A stretch of DNA of 64,000 bases, from positions 12,185 through 76,184 of the forward strand of contig JACPFR010000005.1 in assembly GCA_016182905.1 (NCBI GenBank), in the 5' to 3' direction. Position 1 is the stretch's first letter, and every line of letters begins with the position of its first letter. A model generated the notes under the pieces. It was given only the letters and a program-made list of their open reading frames with translations. It did not search any database and was not told the origin of the DNA. The translations under genes and the position numbers were made by a program. This DNA is from Elusimicrobiota bacterium (GTDB lineage Bacteria; Elusimicrobiota; Elusimicrobia; UBA1565; UBA9628). Shown here one piece after another: positions 18,942-27,339 of this stretch.

Positions 18942-19934
18942 TCACAAAAGATGTAGATGCGTTAAAGTCCAGTAGGCCGCCACGCCGATCACTCCGGCGG
19001 TCGGCAAGGTCACGAGCCAGGCCAGCGCGATCTGGCCGACCATGGCCCGGTTCACTCCGGCCGACCCCTTGCGCAGGCCCATGCCCATGATCGCGGAGCT
19101 CGACACATGGGTCGTCGAGACCGGGAAGCCGTGGAGGGCGGTGCCCACGACCATCGCGGTCGTGGCGAGATTGGCCGCGAAGCCCTCCAGATGATCCATC
19201 TTGGCGACCTTGTGCGCGAGGGTGTCGGTGACCGCGAGCCCCAGGATGATCCCGCCCGCCGCGTTGGCGACGGCGAGGACGAGGAAGAACCAGCGCGGCG
19301 CCACCGTCGCGCTGGGATCGAGCACGGCGTAAAAGAAGAAGCCGAGACCGGCGATCTTCGGGGTGTCGTTCAAGCCCCGCGCGAAGCCGCTCGAAATCGC
19401 GCTCGCCCAATGCGCCCAGTGGCAATTAAGACAGTACTGTTCGCGGCAGAGCCAGTTCAATCCGCGGAACAACAGCCAGGCCGTGCCGAACGCGGCGACG
19501 GGCGAAAGCAGCAACGGTAAGGCGACTTTCTTCCACACGCTTCCCCAAAGCACCTGGTCGAAGCCGAAGGCGTACAGGCCGGTCAGGAGCGTGGCGCCCA
19601 CGATGGCGTGCGTGGTCGAGACCGGCATGCCGATACGCGTCGACAGCAGGACCCAGCCGACCGCCCCGGCGAGGATGGCGAGCGCGAAGGTCTGGTTGAG
19701 CTGAACCTGAGGGGAGAGCATTCCCGTGGTGAAGAGCAAGGTCATCTTCACGGCCCAGGCGGAGGCGAGCACAGCGCCGGCCGCGACGGCCAGAGAAGCA
19801 ACGACGACGGCCTTCTTGTAATCCGACTCTCCGCTCCCGACCAAGGTCGCGATCGACTTGGAGATGTCGTTGGCGCCGTTGGCGAAGGCGAGGCCGGCGG
19901 CGGTGGTCAGTCCCACGACGGCGACGATGTTCAT
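18942..19934 (-). CDS. Inorganic phosphate transporter, PiT family
   Basis: GANDISKSIATLVGSG PHO4 signature, present twice. Confidence 0.85.
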   Translation of the reverse strand: MNIVAVVGLTTAAGLAFANGANDISKSIATLVGSGESDYKKAVVVASLAVAAGAVLASAWAVKMTLLFTTGMLSPQVQLNQTFALAILAGAVGWVLLSTRIGMPVSTTHAIVGATLLTGLYAFGFDQVLWGSVWKKVALPLLLSPVAAFGTAWLLFRGLNWLCREQYCLNCHWAHWASAISSGFARGLNDTPKIAGLGFFFYAVLDPSATVAPRWFFLVLAVANAAGGIILGLAVTDTLAHKVAKMDHLEGFAANLATTAMVVGTALHGFPVSTTHVSSSAIMGMGLRKGSAGVNRAMVGQIALAWLVTLPTAGVIGVAAYWTLTHLHLL

Positions 19935-21286
19935 TTGATCTCCACGGTCATTAAGTGAGTCCGTCCGGGCCGCCGTTCGTTACACGCGTTGTAAAGACCT
20001 CGGCCGAGCAGGCCGTAGACCACGGCGTATTCGCCGATCCACAGCCAGCGCCACCACGGCAGGCGAGCCGACGATTCTCTCAGCGCGGGATCGATCGCGA
20101 AATACATGAAGCCGACGATCCAGGCCCAGGCCAAGGCGGCCGGCGAGGGAGTCAGGAGGGCGAACGGCAAGGCCCAGAGCACGTACCAGGGCTGGACCAC
20201 GGGACTGGCAAGGAGGACGGCGAGGATCATCCCGCACAGGTAGCGTACGGCGTCCTCGCCGCAGCGCCGGGCCCATGGCAGGCTGAACGTGATGACGATC
20301 AGTACGAGGAGGAGCCGTCGCAAGGAGGGGGATTCGACGAGAGTCGACAAGGCGGCGTACAGGCTGGGATTAGCCAGCCAGTCGGATGCGAACGCGGCGA
20401 TGCCGCTCTCAGGTACGGCGTGCAGCGCCGCGGCAAGACCGGAAACGACCGGAATCAGGCCGAAGCATGCGACTGAGAGAAAAACCACCGCGTAGCGCGG
20501 GCGCCGAAGGAACAGCCATGGCAGCAGGACGATCGGGACGACTTTCACCAGCGCCGCCGCCGCCCATACCGCGGCGCCGATTCCGCGGCGCCCGGATTCC
20601 CACAGGTCGAGGCCGGCAAGGAGCCCGAGGATCATCAGGGAGTCGAGATGCCCCGCCGCCGAGAACTCGACGAGCACGAGGGGATGCCAGGCGTAGACCG
20701 CGGCCCAAGCGACGGACAAACCGCGGCGGCGCAGAAGCCGCATGAGCAGGACGCAGGCAAGGAGGTCGCAGAGGGAGAAAAATCCCTTTTGGGCTCGCGC
20801 GTCGGCCGTGACGGCGGCGACAATACGGAAAGCCGCCAGGGCCAACGGGGGATAGATCGCGGTCAGGCCCTGATTGTTGATCCGTTCGTCCTGTCCTTGG
20901 CGAAGGAACGCGAGATCCGGAGAAGACGGCGGGAGAAGATAGGGATTGCGTCCCGCGTTGGCGACCCGGCCCTCCCATGAATATCGATAGGCGTCGGTCG
21001 ATGGGGTCGGGGGAACGAGAACGAGCGCAAGACGACAGAAAGCCGCGACGACGAGGATAAGCGCCTTCCGATCGCCCTCGTCCTTCCCAGGATGAGGCTC
21101 ATGCGCAAGCCTTCGCCAGGTCAGCCACGACACGCAGGTCCAGAGGGCCAAAACGCACAGGAACGCCGGAACATGGTCCACCAGCGGAGCCCGGAGGGCC
21201 AACGCGACGGCGCCGAGCGCCGAGGCAAGGCCGGCTCGAAGCAGAATACGGGTCACCAGAGTGAGTCCGCGCCGGCGGAGGAACAT
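19931..21286 (-). CDS. Integral-membrane glycosyltransferase, GT87/DUF2029-like
   Basis: ~10 TM helices. ATGA-coupled to the PiT gene. Confidence 0.6.
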   Translation of the reverse strand: MFLRRRGLTLVTRILLRAGLASALGAVALALRAPLVDHVPAFLCVLALWTCVSWLTWRRLAHEPHPGKDEGDRKALILVVAAFCRLALVLVPPTPSTDAYRYSWEGRVANAGRNPYLLPPSSPDLAFLRQGQDERINNQGLTAIYPPLALAAFRIVAAVTADARAQKGFFSLCDLLACVLLMRLLRRRGLSVAWAAVYAWHPLVLVEFSAAGHLDSLMILGLLAGLDLWESGRRGIGAAVWAAAALVKVVPIVLLPWLFLRRPRYAVVFLSVACFGLIPVVSGLAAALHAVPESGIAAFASDWLANPSLYAALSTLVESPSLRRLLLVLIVITFSLPWARRCGEDAVRYLCGMILAVLLASPVVQPWYVLWALPFALLTPSPAALAWAWIVGFMYFAIDPALRESSARLPWWRWLWIGEYAVVYGLLGRGLYNACNERRPGRTHLMTVEIK

Positions 21287-21307
21287 TACAGAGGTCTGAC
21301 TCCATAC

Positions 21308-22147
21308 CTAAAGCACGCTGGGCGCGATTTCCTCCACCATGTCGCCGATCAGATCAGGATCACTGTCAGGAGCCAACATGCCGGCATCGCCCATCTTTCC
21401 GGTCATCTCCAGCTTGAAGGCATCGCCGGTCTTGCGCAGGCGCGACTCGCCCCCGCAGGCGCGGCAATAAATGCATTCGCCGCCATGCTGGGCGCGACGC
21501 AGCGCGATCGGCGCGCTGCATGAGGGACAGCCTTGCAGCGGAAGTCCCGGCTCGCTGTGTCCGACGATGCAAGCGACCTCCGAAGAACGATCCCATGCCA
21601 GGGCGTGCCGTCCGAATTGAGCGTCGAACTGGCCGCCGAGCTCGTCGCCGATGACGGTCAATGCCTTCGCCATCGGCATTCCCTTTCGATAGGGACGAGC
21701 GCTGGTCATGGCATCGAAGGCGTCGGCGATGCCGACGATGCGCGCGACTTCGGGGATCGCCTCGCCCGCGATGCCGCTCGGATAGCCCTTGCCGTCCGGA
21801 CGCTCGTGATGACCGACCACGGCATCCATCGCCAGACCGGCAAGCGGATGATGCGACAGCAGCCGTCCGCCGACCGTCAGGTGGGTTTTCATGACGGCGT
21901 ATTCAGCATCGGCCAGGCGATCCCGTTTGTTGAGGACCGAATCCGGCACGCCGACCTTGCCGAGGTCGTGCAGGAAGCCGCCGATCTCGCACAGCGCGAC
22001 ATCGCGGGGGGACAACCCGGACTGCCGCGCCAGCAGCTTCGAGAGCTGAGAGACGCGCCACAGGTGTCCTCCGGTATAAGGGTCGCGCGCTTCGACGATC
22101 ATCGCCGAACCCAGCAAGGCATGCAGCAACGATTCTTTTTCCGCCAT
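21308..22147 (-). CDS. HD-GYP phosphodiesterase with C-terminal zinc-ribbon (paralog of 9788..10741)
   Basis: Same motifs as the first copy (HHERPDGKGYP; CPSCS...CRACGG). Stretches of identical DNA with the first copy. Confidence 0.85.
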   Translation of the reverse strand: MAEKESLLHALLGSAMIVEARDPYTGGHLWRVSQLSKLLARQSGLSPRDVALCEIGGFLHDLGKVGVPDSVLNKRDRLADAEYAVMKTHLTVGGRLLSHHPLAGLAMDAVVGHHERPDGKGYPSGIAGEAIPEVARIVGIADAFDAMTSARPYRKGMPMAKALTVIGDELGGQFDAQFGRHALAWDRSSEVACIVGHSEPGLPLQGCPSCSAPIALRRAQHGGECIYCRACGGESRLRKTGDAFKLEMTGKMGDAGMLAPDSDPDLIGDMVEEIAPSVL

Positions 22148-22230
22148 GATACGCCCCCCTGCTCACGGAAGTCTAATCCGGGCGGCCGGGCGCCGGCCAT
22201 AGCGGGCGCGTGAATTAATTTTAACGGCCC

Positions 22231-22262
22231 TTGACTCAATACCCAGGTATTGGGTCTATACT
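22231..22262 (+). promoter_or_regulatory. MerR-type promoter/operator: -35 TTGACT, 20-bp spacer with dyad CAATAC-C-CAG-GTATTG, -10 TATACT
   Basis: Read directly from the sequence upstream of merR1. A long spacer with a palindrome is the MerR-family signature. Confidence 0.7.
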
Positions 22263-22279
22263 GGAAGCAAGGAGGCGCG

Positions 22280-22687
22280 ATGAAAGAATATCTGACGGTC
22301 GGAAAGGTCGCCCGGCAGGCCGGAGTCAACCTGCAGACCGTTCTTTATTACGAGAGGCGGCGCTTGCTGTCGCCGGCCCGGCGCTCCGACTCCGGCTACC
22401 GCTTATACGCGCCGGAAACGGTGCGCGTCATCCGCTTTATTAAGAATGCCCAGGCGTTGGGCTTTACGCTCGAAGAGGTCGCCAAGCTCTTGCGGCTGAG
22501 GGTCAACCATCGCAGCCAATGCGAATCGGTCAAGCGGCAGGCCCGATCGCGGTTGGAGCTGGTGCAGGAGAAGATCGGGGGATTGAGGGCGATGGAAAGG
22601 ACTCTGAAGCGGCTGCTCAAGACTTGCACGGCGCGCGGCACTACGGACTCCTGCCCGATCCTGGAAAGTCTGGAATCAAGGAGATGA
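22280..22687 (+). CDS. merR: Hg(II)-type MerR family transcriptional regulator
   Basis: Start MKEYLTVGKV with AAGGAGG RBS. Cys81/Cys117/Cys126 spacing identical to MerR Hg-binding cysteines. Confidence 0.85.
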   Translation: MKEYLTVGKVARQAGVNLQTVLYYERRRLLSPARRSDSGYRLYAPETVRVIRFIKNAQALGFTLEEVAKLLRLRVNHRSQCESVKRQARSRLELVQEKIGGLRAMERTLKRLLKTCTARGTTDSCPILESLESRR

Positions 22688-22691
22688 TCAT

Positions 22692-23279
22692 ATGGACAAG
22701 AAATTCGTCGGATTGGCGGCGCTGGCTTCGGCCGGACTGGCCTCGGTGTGCTGTCTCGGTCCACTCGTCGTGACGGGCCTGGGGCTGGGAAGCTTGGGTC
22801 TGGCGGCGGGCTTGACCAAGTACAGACCGCTCTTCCTGGCGCTGACCGGCATCATCCTCGCCGTCGCCTTCTACCTCGCCTATCGCAGACGTTCCGTGAC
22901 GTGCGTCGACGGCAGCTGCGAGCTCCGCTCGGGCAGCCGGGCGATGAAGGCCGGCGTGTGGACGTTGGCGGCGCTGGCGGCGGCCATGGCGACTTTCCCA
23001 AGTTGGTCGGGGCGATTCGTCTCAAGCGCTCCGGTCGCCGTCCCGGCGGGGACTCAAGTCCTGTCCCTGAAAGTCACTGGCATGGACTGCGAGGCCTGCA
23101 CCGCGGCGATCAAGCAGTCGGTGGAGAAGGTGCCGGGCGTCCTCTCGGCGCGTATCGACTTCACCGGACAGCGGGCGACGGTCGTTTCCGACGGCAACGC
23201 CGATCCCAGGGCGGTGATTCAAGCCGTGGCGACCGCAGGATACAAGGCCGAATTGATCAACGGAGGCGGTCATGACTAA
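22692..23279 (+). CDS. merT: MerT mercuric transport protein fused to C-terminal HMA (MerP-like) domain
   Basis: TM1 with GLASVCCLGP (MerT CC motif). Second Cys pair CVDGSC. C-terminal GMDCEAC HMA domain. Confidence 0.8.
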   Translation: MDKKFVGLAALASAGLASVCCLGPLVVTGLGLGSLGLAAGLTKYRPLFLALTGIILAVAFYLAYRRRSVTCVDGSCELRSGSRAMKAGVWTLAALAAAMATFPSWSGRFVSSAPVAVPAGTQVLSLKVTGMDCEACTAAIKQSVEKVPGVLSARIDFTGQRATVVSDGNADPRAVIQAVATAGYKAELINGGGHD

Positions 23280-23736
23280 TCCTGACGAGCACGAGGCGTG
23301 CTGCCGTCTTCCGGCCGTCGCCCTTGCCTGTCCCGTCTGCGGCAAGCAAGGCCGAAAGGTGGGGAAAGAAACCTTGGATCAGCACTTAGCTCCCGGGCCG
23401 CGGGCTCTGCTTGGTGATGAAGCCGGCTTCTGTCCGAACCCGGCCTGCGAGGTCGTGTACTTCGACGGTACCGCAACCGTCCGCAAGGGCGAAACGTTGC
23501 ATGCCGTCACGCAGAAGGATCCGGGCGATGAAGTCTTCGTGTGCTACTGCTTCGAACATAAGCGCGGCGACCTGAGGCGCGATCTGGCGGAGAAAGGCAT
23601 GACGGACATTCCGGACCGGGTCAAGCGGGGTGTTAAGGAAGGGCGCTGCGATTGCGCGCGAAAGAACCCGCAGGGAGCCTGCTGCCTGGGCAATATCGTT
23701 GCGGCGATCAACGAGATAAAAGGAAAAAAATCATGA
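23272..23736 (+). CDS. CopZ-N-terminal-domain-like Cys-rich metal-binding protein (zinc-ribbon + putative [2Fe-2S] site)
   Basis: CPVCGK...CPNPACEVVYFD zinc ribbon. C-terminal VCYCFE...GRCDCARKNPQGACC resembles the Archaeoglobus CopZ N-terminal domain. GGAGG RBS. Confidence 0.6.
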   Translation: MTNPDEHEACCRLPAVALACPVCGKQGRKVGKETLDQHLAPGPRALLGDEAGFCPNPACEVVYFDGTATVRKGETLHAVTQKDPGDEVFVCYCFEHKRGDLRRDLAEKGMTDIPDRVKRGVKEGRCDCARKNPQGACCLGNIVAAINEIKGKKS

Positions 23737-24104
23737 AAAGCGCGCTGCTCGCCGTCGGGTTGGCGTTCGCGACGACGGCGGCCGTTGGATCTTCCGTGCT
23801 TGCCGCGAACGTCGCCTCGGACGCCGCGCGGGCGGAGCCGGCCGAACTGTCCGGAGCGGTGCTCGTCCGCGTAAAAGGCATGGACTGCCCCATGTGCGCC
23901 TTCGGCTTCAAGAGGCGGCTCAAGAAACTGCCGGGGGCTGAGGCCGTGCGGCTCGACTATAAGGCAGGCACGGCGCGCATCACGTTTAAGTCCGGCGCAC
24001 GGATCAATCCGGACGATATCCGCAAATCCGTCAAGGACGCCGGATTCGAGGCGATCGAGATCGGCCCGGCCATACCGGCGCAGATCAAAGGAGAAAAACA
24101 ATGA
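23733..24104 (+). CDS. Periplasmic heavy-metal-associated (HMA/MerP-like) protein
   Basis: Start MKSALLAV (ATGA overlap). Signal peptide. GMDCPMC motif. Confidence 0.8.
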   Translation: MKSALLAVGLAFATTAAVGSSVLAANVASDAARAEPAELSGAVLVRVKGMDCPMCAFGFKRRLKKLPGAEAVRLDYKAGTARITFKSGARINPDDIRKSVKDAGFEAIEIGPAIPAQIKGEKQ

Positions 24105-24622
24105 AACGGATACTTGTCGTTCTCGGGGCGGTCGCGGCACTTTGCGCGCTTTCCCCGCTGGCACAGGCGCAAACCTTCCGCAACGTCCTCATCCACGTCA
24201 AGACGTCGCTGTCGCTTGACGACGCGCAGATCTGCGCCGCGCCGAACGTCGCCCTCGCCTCGCTCAAGGCCGGCCACAAGGTGACGATGCTCTTCGACGC
24301 CAGCGCGGTGACCTCCGTCACGAGGGGGTTCGGCTGGAAGCGTAAGTTCTCGAGCACGAGCGCCATGGACCGGGCGAAGCTCCCGGAGCGCGAACGGCGC
24401 AGCCTGTCCGAGCAGCTCGGCGTCCCGCTCGAGCAAGTCCCGCACGACTACGGCGAATACCTGGGCTTCCTGAAGGGCAAGGGCGTCGAGATCTACGGGA
24501 ACAAGACGATGATGCTGCTCTACAACATCGACCCGGCCAAAGCGGATTCCGCCGTCGTGCCCGTCGGCTTGGAAAAAATGGTCGAGCTGTTCAACGCGGC
24601 GGAGCGCACCATCGTATATTGA
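24101..24622 (+). CDS. Exported hypothetical protein, possibly DsrE/YchN-like fold
   Basis: Signal peptide MKRILVVLGAVAALCALSPLAQA. ATGA-coupled. Confidence 0.45.
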   Translation: MKRILVVLGAVAALCALSPLAQAQTFRNVLIHVKTSLSLDDAQICAAPNVALASLKAGHKVTMLFDASAVTSVTRGFGWKRKFSSTSAMDRAKLPERERRSLSEQLGVPLEQVPHDYGEYLGFLKGKGVEIYGNKTMMLLYNIDPAKADSAVVPVGLEKMVELFNAAERTIVY

Positions 24623-24667
24623 CGTAGCCGACATATCGAAGCGCCCGCTGAAATGGTGGAATCGATA

Positions 24668-26440
24668 ATGGCAACGGCGACGAGCGGATGCGGCGTGGAG
24701 AGCCTTCGCGCGCGCAGTCCGGAGGCGCTGACGGCGATGGTCAACGAGCACCTCCCGGCCTTGCTCGCGGGGGCGCTCGCCATTGGGCTGTCTCGGGCCG
24801 ACGCGGAAGAGGCCGTCCAGGAGACCTTCGTGGCCTTCCTCTCCGCGTCGGACCGTTTCCAGGTCCGATCGAGCCTGCGGACCTACTTGTTCGGCATCCT
24901 TTATTATAAGGCGTCCCACTTGCGCGCCAAGGCCCGGCGGGAGGAGGGGCGCGACGACCTTGAGGCCGTGCTCGAGGCGCGCCTCGACGCGGGCGGGATG
25001 TGGCCGCCGCGCGGGCCGGAGGCCGAGATGCTCGGAGCCGAGACTCGGAGCCGGATCAAGGAGGCCGCGGAAAGCCTCTCGACGGCCCAGAGAACGGCGT
25101 TTTTTCTCAAGGAAGTCGAGGGAGCGACTCCGGCGGCTATCTGCGGCGTTTTGAACGTTACACCGACGTATCTTAGAGTGCTGCTCTATCGCGCCCGCAT
25201 GAAACTGCGCTTATGCCTCGGTCCGCGGGTTCTTGGAGCCGTCTTTGCTTTGTGCGCGTTTTCACCGGCGACCGCCGGCGCGCAGGGCTATGGCCTCATC
25301 GCCGCATGGGGGACGAGCGGCTCCGGCCCCGCGCAGTTCCGGGAGCCTATGGGGATCGCCATAGACGGCCAAGGAAACGTCTACGCGGCAGATTCGCGCA
25401 ATCGCCGCGTCCAGAAGTTATCGCCGGACGGCAGGTTCCTCGCGGAGTTCGGCGGGCCGGATGTGTTAAAAAAGCCGGTGGACACAGCGGTCGGTCCCGA
25501 GGGGACGCTTTATGTCTGCGACTATGAAGCGGACCGCGTCGAGGTTTTTTCCCGGGATGGCGAGCGCCTTTACGGCTGGGGAGAGCCGGGAGAGGGGAAC
25601 GGCCAATTCCGTTCTCCGGCCGGTATCGCGGCGGACAGGACCGGCAACGTTTACGTGGCCGACTTCTACAATCACCGCATCCAGGTTTTCGACTCCAAAG
25701 GCGGATGGCTCAAGTCCATCGGCAAGAAAGGGCGCGGGAAAGGAGAATTCACTTATCCCACGGATCTGGATTTCGACGACTCGGGCAATCTGGTCGTAGC
25801 CGACGCCTACAACCATCGAATCCAGAAGATCTCGCCGGACGGACGGTCCCTGGAAATATGGGGCTCCGCCTGGAAGCGCTTCTTCTCACGCGGCGCTTTT
25901 CGCGTGCCCAGCGGCGTCGCGGTGGACGCTCGCGGCGACATCCACGTCGCCGACTCGGCCAATAAGCGCGTCGTTTTGCTGGGAGCCAAGGGAGACTTTA
26001 AGGGCGAATGGAGACCGGCGGACGACAGGCGTCCCGACGTCTATTCCCCGACCCATATCGCCGCCGGATCGGATGGACGCATCTTTGCGGCCGACACCGC
26101 CAATGACCGCATACTGGTCCTGGGTCTTGGAGCCTCCGAGGTCGCCGGCGAGGGCCGGGAAGCTCGGGAGCCTCCTGCCGCCGAGCATGTTTCCGGGGAC
26201 GTGCTGGTGCGGATCGAAGGAATGGCCTGCCCATTCTGCGCCTACGGCATCGAGAAACACTTAGGCCGCCTGGCCGGCGTGCGTTCCGCCCGCGTGAACC
26301 TGGGCCAGGGGACGGCGATACTGTATCTCGAGCCGGGTAAGACCGTTTCCTTCGACGATGTCCGCAAGGCCGTGGAGAAGGCCGGGTTCAAGGCCGCGGA
26401 ACTCAAGGGAATGCCGCCCGTCCGTAAGGAGCACCCATGA
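24668..26440 (+). CDS. ECF sigma-70 factor fused in frame to TM segment, NHL-repeat beta-propeller and C-terminal HMA domain
   Basis: N-terminal 190 aa are ~75% identical to the ECF sigma at 33723. No stop after region 4; the ORF continues through MKLRLCLGPRVLGAVFALCAFSPATAGA into NHL repeats and ends with GMACPFCAYG. Confidence 0.6.
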   Translation: MATATSGCGVESLRARSPEALTAMVNEHLPALLAGALAIGLSRADAEEAVQETFVAFLSASDRFQVRSSLRTYLFGILYYKASHLRAKARREEGRDDLEAVLEARLDAGGMWPPRGPEAEMLGAETRSRIKEAAESLSTAQRTAFFLKEVEGATPAAICGVLNVTPTYLRVLLYRARMKLRLCLGPRVLGAVFALCAFSPATAGAQGYGLIAAWGTSGSGPAQFREPMGIAIDGQGNVYAADSRNRRVQKLSPDGRFLAEFGGPDVLKKPVDTAVGPEGTLYVCDYEADRVEVFSRDGERLYGWGEPGEGNGQFRSPAGIAADRTGNVYVADFYNHRIQVFDSKGGWLKSIGKKGRGKGEFTYPTDLDFDDSGNLVVADAYNHRIQKISPDGRSLEIWGSAWKRFFSRGAFRVPSGVAVDARGDIHVADSANKRVVLLGAKGDFKGEWRPADDRRPDVYSPTHIAAGSDGRIFAADTANDRILVLGLGASEVAGEGREAREPPAAEHVSGDVLVRIEGMACPFCAYGIEKHLGRLAGVRSARVNLGQGTAILYLEPGKTVSFDDVRKAVEKAGFKAAELKGMPPVRKEHP

Positions 26441-27330
26441 AAACGGCGCGGATTCTGCTCTCCCTATCCTTGCTAGCCTCCCACATCCCGCCCCTTGAGG
26501 CCGCTCCCATCAGCTTCAACACCGCCCTTCCCGTGCATGAGGGAGGACTCCTCTTTCGCGGGCTGGGAGTTTGGATGAACATGCATGACGACCCCTCTCC
26601 CATGGGTCGGGAAATGGATGTCGCGGCGGTTGCCTCCGTGCTGGTTTACGGGGCCGGCTCCAAGCTGGCGCTGATGGGCGTATTCCCGTACATGGACAAA
26701 AGACTTGCGATCAAGTCGACCGGCGTCGTCCGGCGAGCTTCCGGGCTCGGAGACATCTTGACCGTCGGCCGATACGAGATCTTTGCGCGCAGCGGCCCCG
26801 GACAGACCACCCGCGGAGCGGTCCTCGCCGGGGTCAAGTGGCCGAGCGGCAGAAACGCCGAAACCGACGCCCTCGGGGTCCTGCCGCCCTCCGTGCAGCT
26901 TGGGTCCGGTTCCTACGATCCCATCCTGGGCACCGTGTGGACCGGCCAGTGGCTCGCCTTTCAAGTGGATACGGACGTCTCCTATCGGAGAAACACGAAG
27001 GCCGATGACTTCAAGTTCGGCGATGCCCTGGAGCAGAATATTTCCGTTCAGTATCGCCTTTGGCCCAGGGTGTTGGAGGCGGAGGGCCTGCCCAGCTACC
27101 TCTACGGAGTCTTGGAAGCCAACAACATCTACTCGGCGAAGAACGAGGCGGGCGGCGTCACGGACGGGGACTCAGGCGGATACCAGTTGTTCCTGACGCC
27201 CGGTCTGCAATGGGTCGCCAAAAGAGCCGTGGTCGAAGTCGCGGCGCAGTTGCCGGTCGTGCAGAGCCTCAACGGGACCGCTCTCAGGACCGACTACCGC
27301 CTGTTAGGCGGCTTTCGTCTCTGGTTTTGA
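26437..27330 (+). CDS. Outer-membrane beta-barrel protein (MetA-pathway/transporter-like)
   Basis: Signal peptide. Alternating beta-strand pattern. C-terminal ...GGFRLWF aromatic terminus. Confidence 0.65.
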   Translation: MKTARILLSLSLLASHIPPLEAAPISFNTALPVHEGGLLFRGLGVWMNMHDDPSPMGREMDVAAVASVLVYGAGSKLALMGVFPYMDKRLAIKSTGVVRRASGLGDILTVGRYEIFARSGPGQTTRGAVLAGVKWPSGRNAETDALGVLPPSVQLGSGSYDPILGTVWTGQWLAFQVDTDVSYRRNTKADDFKFGDALEQNISVQYRLWPRVLEAEGLPSYLYGVLEANNIYSAKNEAGGVTDGDSGGYQLFLTPGLQWVAKRAVVEVAAQLPVVQSLNGTALRTDYRLLGGFRLWF

Positions 27331-27339
27331 ATCCACCGT

